From: Antedon mediterranea
Taxonomy: Eukaryota > Animalia > Echinodermata
Direction: 5' to 3'
NCBI RefSeq assembly: GCF_964355755.1
Contig: NC_092670.1
Location: forward strand, 13,006,795 to 13,070,794
Length of the DNA stretch: 64,000 bases
Position numbers and translations under genes: made by a program. Positions within the stretch are counted from its first letter, which is position 1; each line of letters begins with the position of its first letter. The notes under the pieces are model-generated. The model had not been told where the DNA came from. It did no database searches and saw nothing but the letters and a program-made list of their open reading frames with translations. Positions 23,921 to 39,338 of the stretch are shown piece after piece.

Positions 23921-26339
23921 AATTTACTTAAAAGTAACCAGGGAGAACTAGGTACCATGTTGGTGATCTGATCTTTCCTTCCCCCCACCCCCCCCCCCCC
24001 CCCCCCCCATGAAAAAGCAAAACTTCTGGGATTTCTTATACCTACTTTAATTTATTTAATTTTTAATTTCCGAGAATTACCGTTATTATGTAACCGATGA
24101 TTCTGTGGATACGGTAGAGCCTACAGTAGATTGGCCATTTTAAACGGAATCTAATTTAAGGGCGAATTTCATTAACCTCAATCTTTTATTTATTAGTCCT
24201 TAGTTTCGCTCACGTATCTTAGTATTGTTGCACTTGCTTATTGGGCCTACGATCAGAAGATCTAAACCTCACATTATTACATAATACTCCTACATTTCTA
24301 CAATGAAGCCTAGAGATAGCGGCAATTTGACGCACATCTACACATACCACATTGATATTACTGTACTTCATTGCAGGCCTTAATTTATTATTATAGTTCA
24401 GTTTGGATTCCTATAGTAGGCCTACTTGATAGTAAGTAACTGGATAAAAGAAAAACCCAGGTAAACTGTGTGGTATTTCCCTCTCTATTCCGTCTATTAC
24501 ACTATATATGAGTAGCCTTGGGAATAACAATGTTTCAAGTCTGATACTTGCTAAAAAGCTAAGTGAAAATGATAATACTTGACAGCTGTAATATTTATTT
24601 GTATTGTTAAAAGGTCCGTGAACTTTTTGACGGATAATAGTTCCTTATTAGAGCTGTACCTCGGTACGGAATGTACCTGTATATTATATTACATGTCTTT
24701 TAAATCCGGGAAGTATGGCAGTAAAGCTATACGTTCACACTGAAACCGTATTCCGGTCCGGCGGCCGTATAAGTAATATAATAAATAAGATACCATGTTC
24801 CGTTCCGTAACGATACTGTTAGCATTCCTTTATTTATTTGACGTTTTACAACATGATACTCAAGAGTGGTTCTCGATTTTCACGTGGAAACATATTGATT
24901 TCACTCCAAAAAAAATAAATTCGAGTACTACATTTTTTCGAATTCGATACCACCTACACACTTTCTGCATGACGCGGACAAATAACAAACATGTCAAGCA
25001 AATAAATAATAAACACCGACAAACAACTAAAATAATAAACAGTGAAAATCAAATAAGTAGGCCTGAAGCAAATATCATGCTAAATAACTAGTAACGAAAA
25101 ACGAATACATAAACAAACGGAAAAATAAACCAACGATAAACTTCATTAAATCAACACTGAAAAACAAATAAATTAACAAACAAATACAAACAAATAAATA
25201 CATAAACGACAAACAAATAACTAATGTACCTAGTAACACAACATGCCTGTTCTTATTTTTAAATGGATCATGAAAAATTAATATTCAGAATGAATATAAA
25301 TTAAGGTACCTGTAAATCCAGGAGAAATACCTATTGTATCTGATACTTCTATTTATATACTTTTAGCTAACCATACTTCAGATCACCATTTCTATATTTA
25401 AAAGTAAGGTAGGGCTATAAACCGAACAGAGGAAATAAATATGTTTACTTCCTGTTAATGTTCTATAGTTTTTTAAAAAGAAAAAATAATAATTATAAAG
25501 CAATATTTTCCAAATCTATCCATGGTACTGTAAATACACCCTCAGCTAATAAGTTTCGTCAGATCAGAGAAGAGTTAATTAATTCTTCCCTGGTCAGATC
25601 TATTTATATAGTAATATTTATATTTATGATTATAATGTTATATTATGGTTAATTAATATCAAGATTTCTAGAAACCAAAAATCAACGTTAATGAAATATT
25701 ATATATTGTGTTTGAAAAAACGCAATGTACTCTATCCGATAATTAACGGCCCCTCCGCCCCACCACACCCAACTTCAAACTGTAGGTAACGATATCAATT
25801 AAAAATTTGTTTTTATATCTTGTTATAAGGCCTACCGTATGTCTTATTGCATCTTTCCATTATATACTAGTATTAGCATGGTATGTAGAACCATTGTTTT
25901 ATTGGGAATTTAATTGTTTTTGATAATTATTATGCCATATTAGTTGAAACATCAGCATAATTTGTTTGAATTGTATGATAGAAAACTCGATTTATCATCA
26001 TAAAGAAATGTTGAGATTATATGTTAAAATTAAATTTAGTATTTAAAGAGAAGAAAATCCCCATAATGGCATGGTGAACACCTATTGATGGAAATAAAAA
26101 ATCAAATAAGTTATAAAGGTGTTGTACGGTATCAACATCTTTCACTGTAGTCTACTGTTTTAGCTGTAGCCTAATCTAAATAAACATTTTTTGTGTACAA
26201 ATACTGAAGTTACTTGGAGGCATTTACAAATATTCTCAACGATTGAGTGGTTCAAATTACATTATTCAAAAATAAAATGATAAATTATCATCTGATTATG
26301 AAGATCATTTTACCATATCTTGTGACTTCTTTTTTATTA

Positions 26340-26760
26340 TTAAACTTTGTTTATTAAGGGTGACTCCTCAAAACAGCCGAGGCTGACATGCATGAGGCCC
26401 CAACACTTTAAATAACGGGAACGATACAAATAGGAAAAACAAGAAATAGAATTATAAAAAAAAGGAAAAAATAGCCAATGCAAAAATATATAATTATATG
26501 AACATTTCGAAACCCTCAGGCTTAACGGATTTAGGGGTGAGAGCCATAACAGATTTAGGGGTGAGAGATATTTTTAATCGAAATATTAAATGATATTGAG
26601 TTTCAGATTCCGATGAGTAGTGTATTGAACAGAGACGGTGCTTTATATAGAAAACTGTCCTTGAAGGTAAAGATGAGCAAAAGGAACAATGAAGTAACCT
26701 TTTGTAGAACTTCGGGTGCCAGAAAATTTCAAAAACTTCTAAAAAAAGTTGGTGGATATA
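26340..26760 (-). mobile_element. Decayed LINE (CR1/L2-like) 3' end fragment
   Basis: Minus-strand peptide FKDSFLYKAPSLFN resembles the C-terminus of CR1/L2 ORF2, followed by a 3'UTR-like segment. Confidence 0.3.
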
Positions 26761-28940
26761 CGGTGGATTTTTTTTAACAGTGAGAAAATAAATAATAATA
26801 CTATATTTTAATTCGTATCAATTTTTTTAAGAACCAGAATATATTTTTACAAGCATTAGGCTAGGCCTATAATAAACAAATAATAAAACTAATAATATAA
26901 TTGCACCATTAGTTAAAATAATTAAATATTTGCTGAAAACAAAATAGAAGTATAAAAACAGCACATTTCAGTTACCGTTCTCTTGTGTTGAAAGATGAAT
27001 TATAATTAAAAATAAATGAACTGTATTTTATGCAAAAATCTGAAATAATTATTAACAAAAACTAAACTAATAGATTATTGTTATCTAAAGGAACCTACTA
27101 ATTCAGAATACTAATATTTGTTTTATTTAGAAAAAAGAAACATTATTTAGTTTTGTAAATTAGTATAATAATTTTGCCATATTTATTATTATAATTTTGT
27201 TTTACCTCTGGGTATCTCTTGGTCAACTCTGACGCAGGCTAATTATTGTACTTAAAGCTCAGTAAATTTGAGGACAATTGAAAACAATTCGCCATTCGCA
27301 AATAATAATATTACCTGGCCAAACACCTTGTGTTCTCTTCATAATTATTCTTCGTCGGCGTTAACATTTTACACCAGAATGTAGGCTACAGGTTATACAG
27401 TGCATGTCATTGCATTATAATAACAACACCATCAGCAGACCATTCTAACCCATGTACTGACAGTCTAATGTGAATTTACTATTACACAATCACTTTATAG
27501 TCTACATGTACTCCTGATCCTATTTTTTATTCATCGGTATTCCCCATATTTCCTTCTCCTTTTTTGTTGAAGTTTTTTTTATAAAAAAGTATTATACTCA
27601 CAGAGTAGTCTCCAGGTATCACTGTGTTGCATCTCCCATTTATTATATAATTTATGTTTGTCTATTTATAAGTCTTTGTCGTTTGTACACGTTTAGTTGG
27701 ATTAACTATTTTAACATGACAATGTCACCTTTATCTATTTATTTCATCTATCTATGTAATCCTGCAAATCTATGACTTTCTCATAACCATACAGTTAGTT
27801 CCTGCTGTTAAATTTTACAATACAAATTGTCACCGAAAAGTTCGCAGAAGTAGATTTTGTAATATTCGGTATTTTTTAATACCATGAATGACCGAGAAAT
27901 AAAGTACTGCCATCGGGTAATAACCAAAAGCATAGCAATACAAACTAAAAATACGCTGCTATTGTCACTTCCATGGCAAAATATATTATTGGAAATACCA
28001 ACTTTATTTTCTGAACTAAAATAAAACTTTTTTAAAACCAAGGTATAAGAAATCTATACTAAAAAAATTTATGAATCGTGACTTTATGAGGGAGTAAAAA
28101 TATGCATTAATATACAAATTGGTGATAACCCCAACCCCGCTATCTGTTGGAATAATCTCGATAAATTATAAAGATAAGATTTTCTTTTTTGAAAGAGCTA
28201 TTTAAAAAACGGAGAGTACTCACTCGAACGTTTCGATCTCTATCAGAGATCTTTATCAAATGACTGCTTGTTTACGAGAAGCCCGAAAATCTTATCTTTT
28301 ATAAACATAGAAGTTAAATCTTCGATGATTTAGATAAATTAATTATGTTAGTAGCCTAGGCCTATTCTAAAAGTACAATGATGGGCGAATACCTCCACTC
28401 TCCCTACCCCCACTTGGTACCTTGAATCCAAGGACAGTTCTGTTACTTCCCCCAATCCCCATAACCCAAAGTACTTTACTGGGGATAACCTTTTTCTGCT
28501 TTTTACACACATGTAATCTGATACGTATTTGCAATAATGTATCTTTTATTTGTTTGAAATATAAGTATTGTTTTGGTATAGGCCAGAATGGTAAGCAATG
28601 GATGTTTTGACCATGATTATTACGCAATAATGTTGAACACGTATTTGCAATAATTTACCTTTAGGAGGAAATAGATATATTATTTACACTCTTTTGTACA
28701 CGTAAATTTATTACAATTTTGTGTGAGATGACGACATTAAATTAGGCTTACTTTGCAAACAGAGGGCGCTCTGTTTAATATTTGGTCAACAAATTAAGAT
28801 ACAGATAACTCGAGAGGATATGTGACGTCATCAAAATATCGATTTTCTTAAAAATCTATATGCATGGTTAATTGTTATTATATATTACACCAGGACGATA
28901 AATTACATTTTGGTTTCATTTAATTACTTTTCTGCTTCAT

Positions 28941-29153
28941 TATTGGCTACCGACATTGCATTTTAGTGACATCTTGTTACTCTATTTGCTCTATTGGCTA
29001 CCGACATTGCATTTTAGTGACATCTTGTTACTCTATTTGCTCTATTGGCTACCGACATTGTATTTTAGTGACATCTTGTTACTCTATTTGCTCTATTGGC
29101 TACCGACATTGCATTTTAGTGACATCTTGTTACTCTATTTGCTCTATTGGCTA
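28941..29153. repeat. 51-bp tandem repeat, about 4 copies
   Basis: Unit TATTGGCTACCGACATTGCATTTTAGTGACATCTTGTTACTCTATTTGCTC. Confidence 0.95.
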
Positions 29154-29174
29154 TTGATCATTGTATTTTATAAC

Positions 29175-29740
29175 TGACTTTTCTGCTCTATTTTCTACCG
29201 ATTTTTTTTTGGTAACTTTTCTGCTATATTAGCTATTGGTAACTTTTCTGCTCTATTGGCTATCGCTCTTTTGTTTTTGGTAACTTTTCTGCTCTATTGA
29301 CTATCGATCTTTTTTGTTGGTAACTTTTCTGCTCTATTGGCTATCGATCTTTTGTTTTGGGTAACTTTTCTGCTCTATTGGCTATCGATCTTTTTTTTTT
29401 GGTAACTTTTCTGCTCTATTGGCTATCGATCTTTTGTTTTGGGTAACTTTTCTGCTCTATTGGCTATCGCTCTTTTGTTGTGGGTAACTTTTCTGCTCTA
29501 TTGGCTATCGATTTTTGTTGTTGTTGGTAACTTTCTGCTCTATTGGCTATCGATATTCTTTTTTTTTTGCTAACTTTTCTGCTCTATTGGCTATCGATCT
29601 TTTGTTTTGGGTAACTTTTCTGCTCTATTGGCTATCGATCTTTTGTTTTGGGTAACTTTTTTGCTCCATTGGCTATCGATTTTTTTGTTAAAGTTTCTGT
29701 TATATTAGCTATCGATCTCTTTTTTGGTAACTTTTCTATT
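29175..29740. repeat. ~40-bp tandem repeat, about 13 copies
   Basis: Unit GGTAACTTTTCTGCTCTATTGGCTATCGATCTTTTGTTTTG with a variable T-run. Confidence 0.93.
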
Positions 29741-30130
29741 CATTTAAATCACTATACTTGTTTTTAGTAACTAAATTGAGTGCGTCTGTAATTTTTTGTA
29801 CTACAAATTTAATACATTTGAGAATAATTGAAAATAAATTCGCAAAACGACATCTTTTTGTTATTTTAAATATAATTATACCTGTTCAAACACCGTCTCT
29901 CTTCTAACATTTCTTCGATCGTTGGCATTGACATTTATTTTGCACCACAATATACAGGCTTTCTCGTGTGTATGTCATTGCATAATATATAGAACACTGG
30001 ACCAGTATAACCTAGGCACTGACAGTCTGCACTGTATAATGTAAATTATATTACACTATCGCTTTAACGTGCGGTACTCTTTCAAAATTTGTGAATTTGT
30101 GAACGTTCTGCTATAGTTTGTTTTCTATAA

Positions 30131-33077
<2,947 letters not shown>

Positions 33078-34007
33078 CTGTATAAATGACACAATAGTCA
33101 ATATTATTTGGTTACAATACTTTAGTAATAAACTTCTCTATATATTGTAATATTTAAAATAGACATTAGGCCTAATTATAAACTCCAATTTGTTTATGTT
33201 ATTGTCTATGCTTGTGCAATATCAAAACCATGACCTGGTTAGCAAAGCAAGCATACAATGCGGATTGATCGTGTGAATTTAGGTGATTTTCTAGAAATTG
33301 ATACTAAGCTAAACCACTGTTGTGTGTGATAGGTAATTCACTCAGCTTTGCCTCGTGTGAATTAGGGTGGTGCGTTCTGTATTAACATTCACTGTATACA
33401 CAAGCAAATGAAATCAAATATTTTGAATATATATAAAAGCCGCTTGCATAATAAAAAAAAATGAATTTAAATAGTAAACACGTGTCATTAAAAAAAATAC
33501 AGCCTCAAATCGATTTTTAAAATTTTTAAATAGGACTCCTCGTCGTTGTAAAATCTTTAAGCTAATGTGGAGAAAGACATTTTTTACAATAAAGCAAATC
33601 AAAGAAATCATACATATACAACTTTGCATACAAAGGAATACAACTTGTGCGTGTCATACATACAGTTTAAAATCGTATTTCGTATTTCGTTTTTTTTTTA
33701 TGTTTGCGTTAATTTGTCGGCTCTTCTAAATGTATTATCAAAACCTATTTTAAAGATAACAATTAAAGGTTGCATATTTGCTTGGCAAAATGCATCTTCG
33801 TTTAGGAAGGACAATTTTTAGTAATTGATGATTAAGATAATATTCTTTACAGTAGGAAGGGCAGGTCACGTCAGGACAATACAAATAATGTGTAAAATTA
33901 GTAGGTCTACTATGATGTGTCAGATCGAGGAGAAATAAATTAATTTCGAGAAAACGATCCTATTTGGAGGGAACGAAATAATAGCTGATGTGGCCGAAAT
34001 AGGCCTA

Positions 34008-37000
34008 CTAAGCCTGATGAAGCTCTAAAAAGTTACCTTGTTCTTCTTCCTTCTTTCGAATGTAAAAAGGAAGATCTTGTAAGTCACAGTTATCATCCCC
34101 CAATTGAATATTTGGAGTCAATGGAGATCTGCGTGACATGTCAAAATCTAAACATAAGAAATGAAAAAAAAAATAGAATCATTATATTAAATAATGTACA
34201 AGCTCCTTATGTTAAAAAATATAGTCATGAGTTGGATGCACAAAACATAACATGATGAAAATAGTATTATAATAATGAATATTAGCATATTATACATTAT
34301 ACCTATTATAGTCGCTTTTATGCAATACAGCATATTCGATTAAATAAGGGGCCATAATTATTTTAAACAACACTAAACTCTAAACATAACAGAATTATAA
34401 TCAAATAATATTTTAAAGTTATTGTATTAGTTTTAATTTAATACAGCGGAATGACACGCAGTACCTGCGATTTCGTTCACTTTGTCTGCTGCATGGGCCA
34501 TTCCACATGTTCGAAGATGAGGTTCTAGCTTTCTAACATCATTGTCATTCATATTGAGATATCTAGTAACAGCAAGCTCAATGCTAGTATTGTTCTTTTC
34601 TTCCTGATCAAAGTCTTGGTAGAGAAACTCTTCGAATTCTTGGGTCAGGTTCTTCTCGATGGTAGCGCAGATTATTTTCATGGAGTCTTTGTTTACGTTA
34701 GTTTGAGTTTTTTTTAAATGATTGTCTCTGCTCGTCATGCTTAGATTTATTTTGGACATGTATGCGCTTCCCTTGACAGTATAGTTTATATGGTATACGT
34801 CAGAGGTTTCCAAAACTGAGATCCCCCAACTAACGGATGAGAAATTTCTATCAAAAACGGCATATGTATATAACGAAACCTCCTGAAACAAATAACTGTA
34901 GTGTTACTTGACCTTCATTATAAATATTCATTTTAAAGCAAAGATATAAATGGAATCATTAAAGGATAATGTTAACAGTCAAGTATTACGGTATGTTAAA
35001 TCATGAACGAATTTTACCTATCTCTAAATCAACGTAAAATGTTTAATCGCGGAAATTGAATTTATTTAAAAGGTATTTTAAATTTAAACACATTCACACA
35101 AATTAATGATAAAGCTGTATTTACAAATTTGGACATGAATGGTATGAAACATAATAAATGAGTTTGATATATTATGTAAAAATCAACCAGTCGCTGTATT
35201 CCACGTCTAATACTGTATACGTATGTGATCAAACATTATCGTAATAAGCCTACACTACTCTATTGAGAGTTGAAATTTCGCATACTTTTACGAACTTGAG
35301 TTACATCGTCTCCTGCATACGCTTGAACTCAGTCACTCAGTCTCTGCTATCATATAAATGCAACTGTACCTGCTTTGAATTTTAACTTACTATGGGATTT
35401 TCAATACCGATATCAATTGCTGTATCCTTATCTCTATTCTTCTTTTATTTCTTTTTATAAAATAATATTACACATTTTAGTAACGCTCATATTTGTTACC
35501 AGTACCAATTTTCCTCCTTAATGGTACGTTTTCTTATACATACCTCGTCGTAACCTTCATAAATGATATCAATTGCTGTATCCTTATTGCAATAGCAGTG
35601 CTTCTCTGAATTCAAAGAGTTGATTGGATCTTCATTCTATATTAATAGTTAGATATTAAAATTGTTAGTCTTTGTCTTTACAATGTCCACGAGATACATT
35701 GACATTACTGTAGTTTTAATACAAACATAAAAAAAAAATTAGAATTACGATGTTTAGCCTAAACCTCTCAAAGTAAAACTATTAAAAATAATAGTGGAGT
35801 TGATATTCAAACAAAGGCTAAACTACTTTATATAACACCTAAATAAATTCCTGTCATTTGATTGGACGATTGTGGGTCACATGGCGTGCAATAGTACGCA
35901 CTATTAAACGATCGTTTAATGTTATTGTTATGACTGGTTTAGCAATGGAAATACATTTTCGGAGAGAGATATACAATATAATATGTACTCATTTAGATCA
36001 AAAAGGCATTTAAATTAGCTTTAGATCATTTTTAGGACTTTGATTAATTAATGGCAACATCTCTACAAGGCGTGGAATCGTAGAAAAGAAACATAATTAG
36101 CCTAGATGAGTGTCTGTCGAAGTTTTGCCTTTCAGCCTAGCTAGTACTAGGCCTGTTAGTAATAGGCTATGCCTAGCCTAGGCGTTTTAGCCTTGCTAGG
36201 CCTAGGATTATTTGGTCGTTTGTTGACATAATTAACACTAAAGTAGGTGCTTGTGATAAAATCTATATAAATATACATTTAATATATTATTATTAAAAAC
36301 TAAATGTTAATGTTTTAATCAATATGAATCAAGTGTAGGCCTTGGCTAGGCCTACCTTTTATTTCATTCAAATGACCGGAATCTATTTAGATGTTATGTA
36401 AAACAAAATAATGAATGTTTTAAATTCGTGTAACGGTACAAATAATGGCATTTGGTGAATGATGAAAGGTTAAATATTAACTCGGCTTTGCCTCGTTGAT
36501 ATATAACCTTTCATCATTCACTTCATGCCATTATTTGTACCATTACACTCATAAACATTCATTATTTGTATAATATTGCACTTTGATACTAATGTCGATT
36601 ACATAAACTTTTCTGAATTCAACGTAAATATCTTCTCTTCCGTAGAATGATTCTCTACATGCGTTTATTTCCAAAAGCATCATTCGCTCGAGTTCTGAAC
36701 AATCATTTCCTTGGTCCAATTCTGTTCTGAAATGTGTGTCTTGTTTCACTGCTATACAAATTAGAGTTTAGAAATGTGTTATAAGTGTACATGAGTAGAC
36801 AATTTTAAGAGAAAGATTGAATTCCAATAAGAGCCCAGCATATTTCTTTGCTCCATCTGTAGTTTTTCACCCCTATTATAATAGTGACAACATTTGTTAC
36901 TTTAAGTTTACCTTTTGCATTTGTTCCTTTGAGCATGCGTAATGCGTCGTTGTAATTAAGTTGATCAATGTGTGTGATCCATTCCTTTTGAAATATTTTC

Positions 37001-39338
37001 TGCTGATTTTCGTCTAAAACTAATATTTCTCCTAGGTCTTTAAGAAGCTGTCCACTTTGATGCATTTCCCATATGTGTATTAATGCATATTTGTCAATTA
37101 TAGACAGTGTGAGAACTATAGATCCTTTTCCTATGTGCAATAATTTCGAACCATTTACTTGGACGTAGTAGTAAACACGATGCTGTAGTTTATTATTAAA
37201 TTCCTTCGCAGCATCAGCATTTAGACTGCCAACATATTGGTCAAGTTGATCTAAGATGTCATCATCTATGTCGTTTTCGTTCTTTCTTTTAAGAGTTACG
37301 GTTAGTTGAGCTTCTATAATAATTGAATGATTAGAAAATATTTTCTGTACGGTATATTATCGATTATATTCGTGCAATATTTAGTAACTAATGAGATTTA
37401 TCTGTATACAATTCCTTACGTTAAACCAGTAATTAGATATACGTGTGTGACGTGCAGTTTCGATTTCGTGGTAATGAAAGGATGTTAGTGGTTGCTAGGA
37501 GCAGCTTTTTAAAACTCACAATAAAAGGTGAAGGTGAGTCCCGTATTCATTCTGAACGTAGGGGTGAGCTGTTAGGAGCTCATTGTACTAAGCCTCGGCA
37601 TTATGTGGTAGGGTGGCCAGTTCCTTTCCACACCGCCTTTTTCTCCCTAGTATTTTAAACCAGGTACTCATTTACAGCTGAGTGGACTGGGAGTTGTCTG
37701 GAATTGAACCCGGGTCTATCTTTATGACAGTCAAGTGTCCTAACCACTCGGCTATCCAACTCCAACAATACATATATTTAAATATAAATCAGTTAAAACA
37801 GTTTTCGAAGATAATGTGATTTAATAAATGGAGGAGATGTAGATTATTAAAAATATAAATGTTTACGTTTGTATCAACTAAATTTAAGTAAAAAAATAAT
37901 TGCAGTATTTTCAACTTGGTTAATGTTAAGAGTGTAAGACATCTTGGCATTTTATTTAAAGGGCTCCAAGTAATTGTCTGAAACACGAGAAACATATCAC
38001 CTTTGAATTATACATCAATTTGTTTATTGACCGTACCGTATCAATAATGTCTTACCCTTTAAATTAACTGTATCAACTTTAAACAAATTATCGATAATGT
38101 TATGATATAACACGTACAGAAAATGTTGCTTAAAACTTTAACAACCTTACATACCTTGCGTAAGAATTTCCACAGCTTTATGTAGTCCAATATTTGTCAA
38201 GGTCTTAATAAATGTTTCCATTTTCCCACTTTCTTTACAAATAATATGTGTGTGTTGTAGATCAAAAATAAGATCCCACCCATCTTTATAGTTCTTTGGT
38301 GGCCTATTGTACGAAGTATCAATTTTTTTTACATCTTCCTCTATTAATTCATTTCCAAACTTTGTAATTTGTTGTTGATGATGGCTGAATTTCGTAATAA
38401 TCTTGTTTTTAACTTCAGAAAGTGAGGGTATGTGTACGAAAGTTCGAAGTTTGTCTACAATACCAAACTGCTTGGTGGCCTTAATGGTATCAAACAGAAG
38501 GGTGAGATCTTTTGAACTTAGTTCTCCAGAATTAATTAATTGATTGAGCAAGTCCATCGTTGTAGTGGCCCTAGATAAATCAGCTTCTTCAATATAACCA
38601 TGATACAAAACTTTCAGTTTACTGATAAGTGATCGTTCATCATACCAAGTTGAAAAACATACTAAAGCCTGATTAAAAGAGTTTTCTAAAAAAGGAAGAA
38701 GCCCATAATATATAAAAAAAAAACTTTAACAATACAAACATTGGATCTTATAATTTGTAAAATGTACTAATGGCAAAGGTCCAAGAAGCAGTATTTTATT
38801 TCAAATCAGGTTAAGACATGACTCAATAATTCATTTCTGGCATAAATTAGGATGTTATAGAGGGCGCTATACACAGGTATGGAACAGGTTTCGGTTTGGC
38901 CAAGTGATAGTCTTCAGTTTATGGAACTGATGCTCATCAACATCATCCTTGTTTTTTTAAAATATAGATATAGTTGAGTTGAGAGAGATTAGGGCTATGA
39001 TCAGTTGTATTTAGAACATATGTCAGTAATGTAATTCTTTATCATAGAAAATAATAAATCTGCCTTACCCTGATTTGTAAATCTGTCTTTTATTTTTAAT
39101 ATTATAAATTAATCAAAACATGTGTATTAATACCAAAACTATGAGCAAATTAAGGTATCAAACACAATTTATAATGGCAAATTGTTTTGCTGGTCCGTGA
39201 ATAATCAGGGATGATTAAATTATTCGTAATCATCACCGCCATGAGTGAAAATTAGTAATATGTGAAATCCTGTAGGTCTACAACAATTTTGTACAGTCGA
39301 TGTACGTAAAATAGAGGTGACTTACCTGATTCAGCCAT
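34008..39338 (-). CDS. Paralog D: tandem DED-like + TRADD-N-like + ZU5 stub/UPA-like + death domain protein (about 581 aa alone; about 1067 aa if spliced to C)
   Basis: Exons 39338-39326 (MAES), 38685-38155 (two DED-like repeats, e.g. ATTTMDLLNQLINSGELSSKDLTLLFDTIK), 37313-36912 (HIGKGSIVLTLSIIDKYALIHIWEMHQSGQLLKDLGEIL, TRADD-N-like), 36751-36603, 35636-35544, 34882-34465, 34147-34008 (or internal donor at 34037). All junctions GT-AG and in frame. Confidence 0.78.
35826..36550. mobile_element. Non-autonomous element with a Crypton-like palindromic end, in intron of paralog D
   Basis: Long terminal hairpin centred on AACTCGGCTTTGCCTCGTT (36440-36545); similar motif at ~33335-33363. Absent from the equivalent intron of the other paralogs. 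Confidence 0.4.
37445..37765 (-). mobile_element. tRNA-derived SINE in intron of paralog D
   Basis: Minus strand A box TAGCCGAGTGGTTAGG, B box GGTTCAATTCC, then GTCCACTCAGCTGTAAATGAGTACC body. Confidence 0.6.

Noticed and set aside
28956-29177. Repetitive Leu-rich and Cys-rich ORFs
   Set aside because: Translations of the 51-bp tandem repeat; no splice or homology support.
38147-38685. Caspase-8/cFLIP gene
   Set aside because: The tandem DEDs are not followed by any caspase domain (no QACxG-type motif) in the window.
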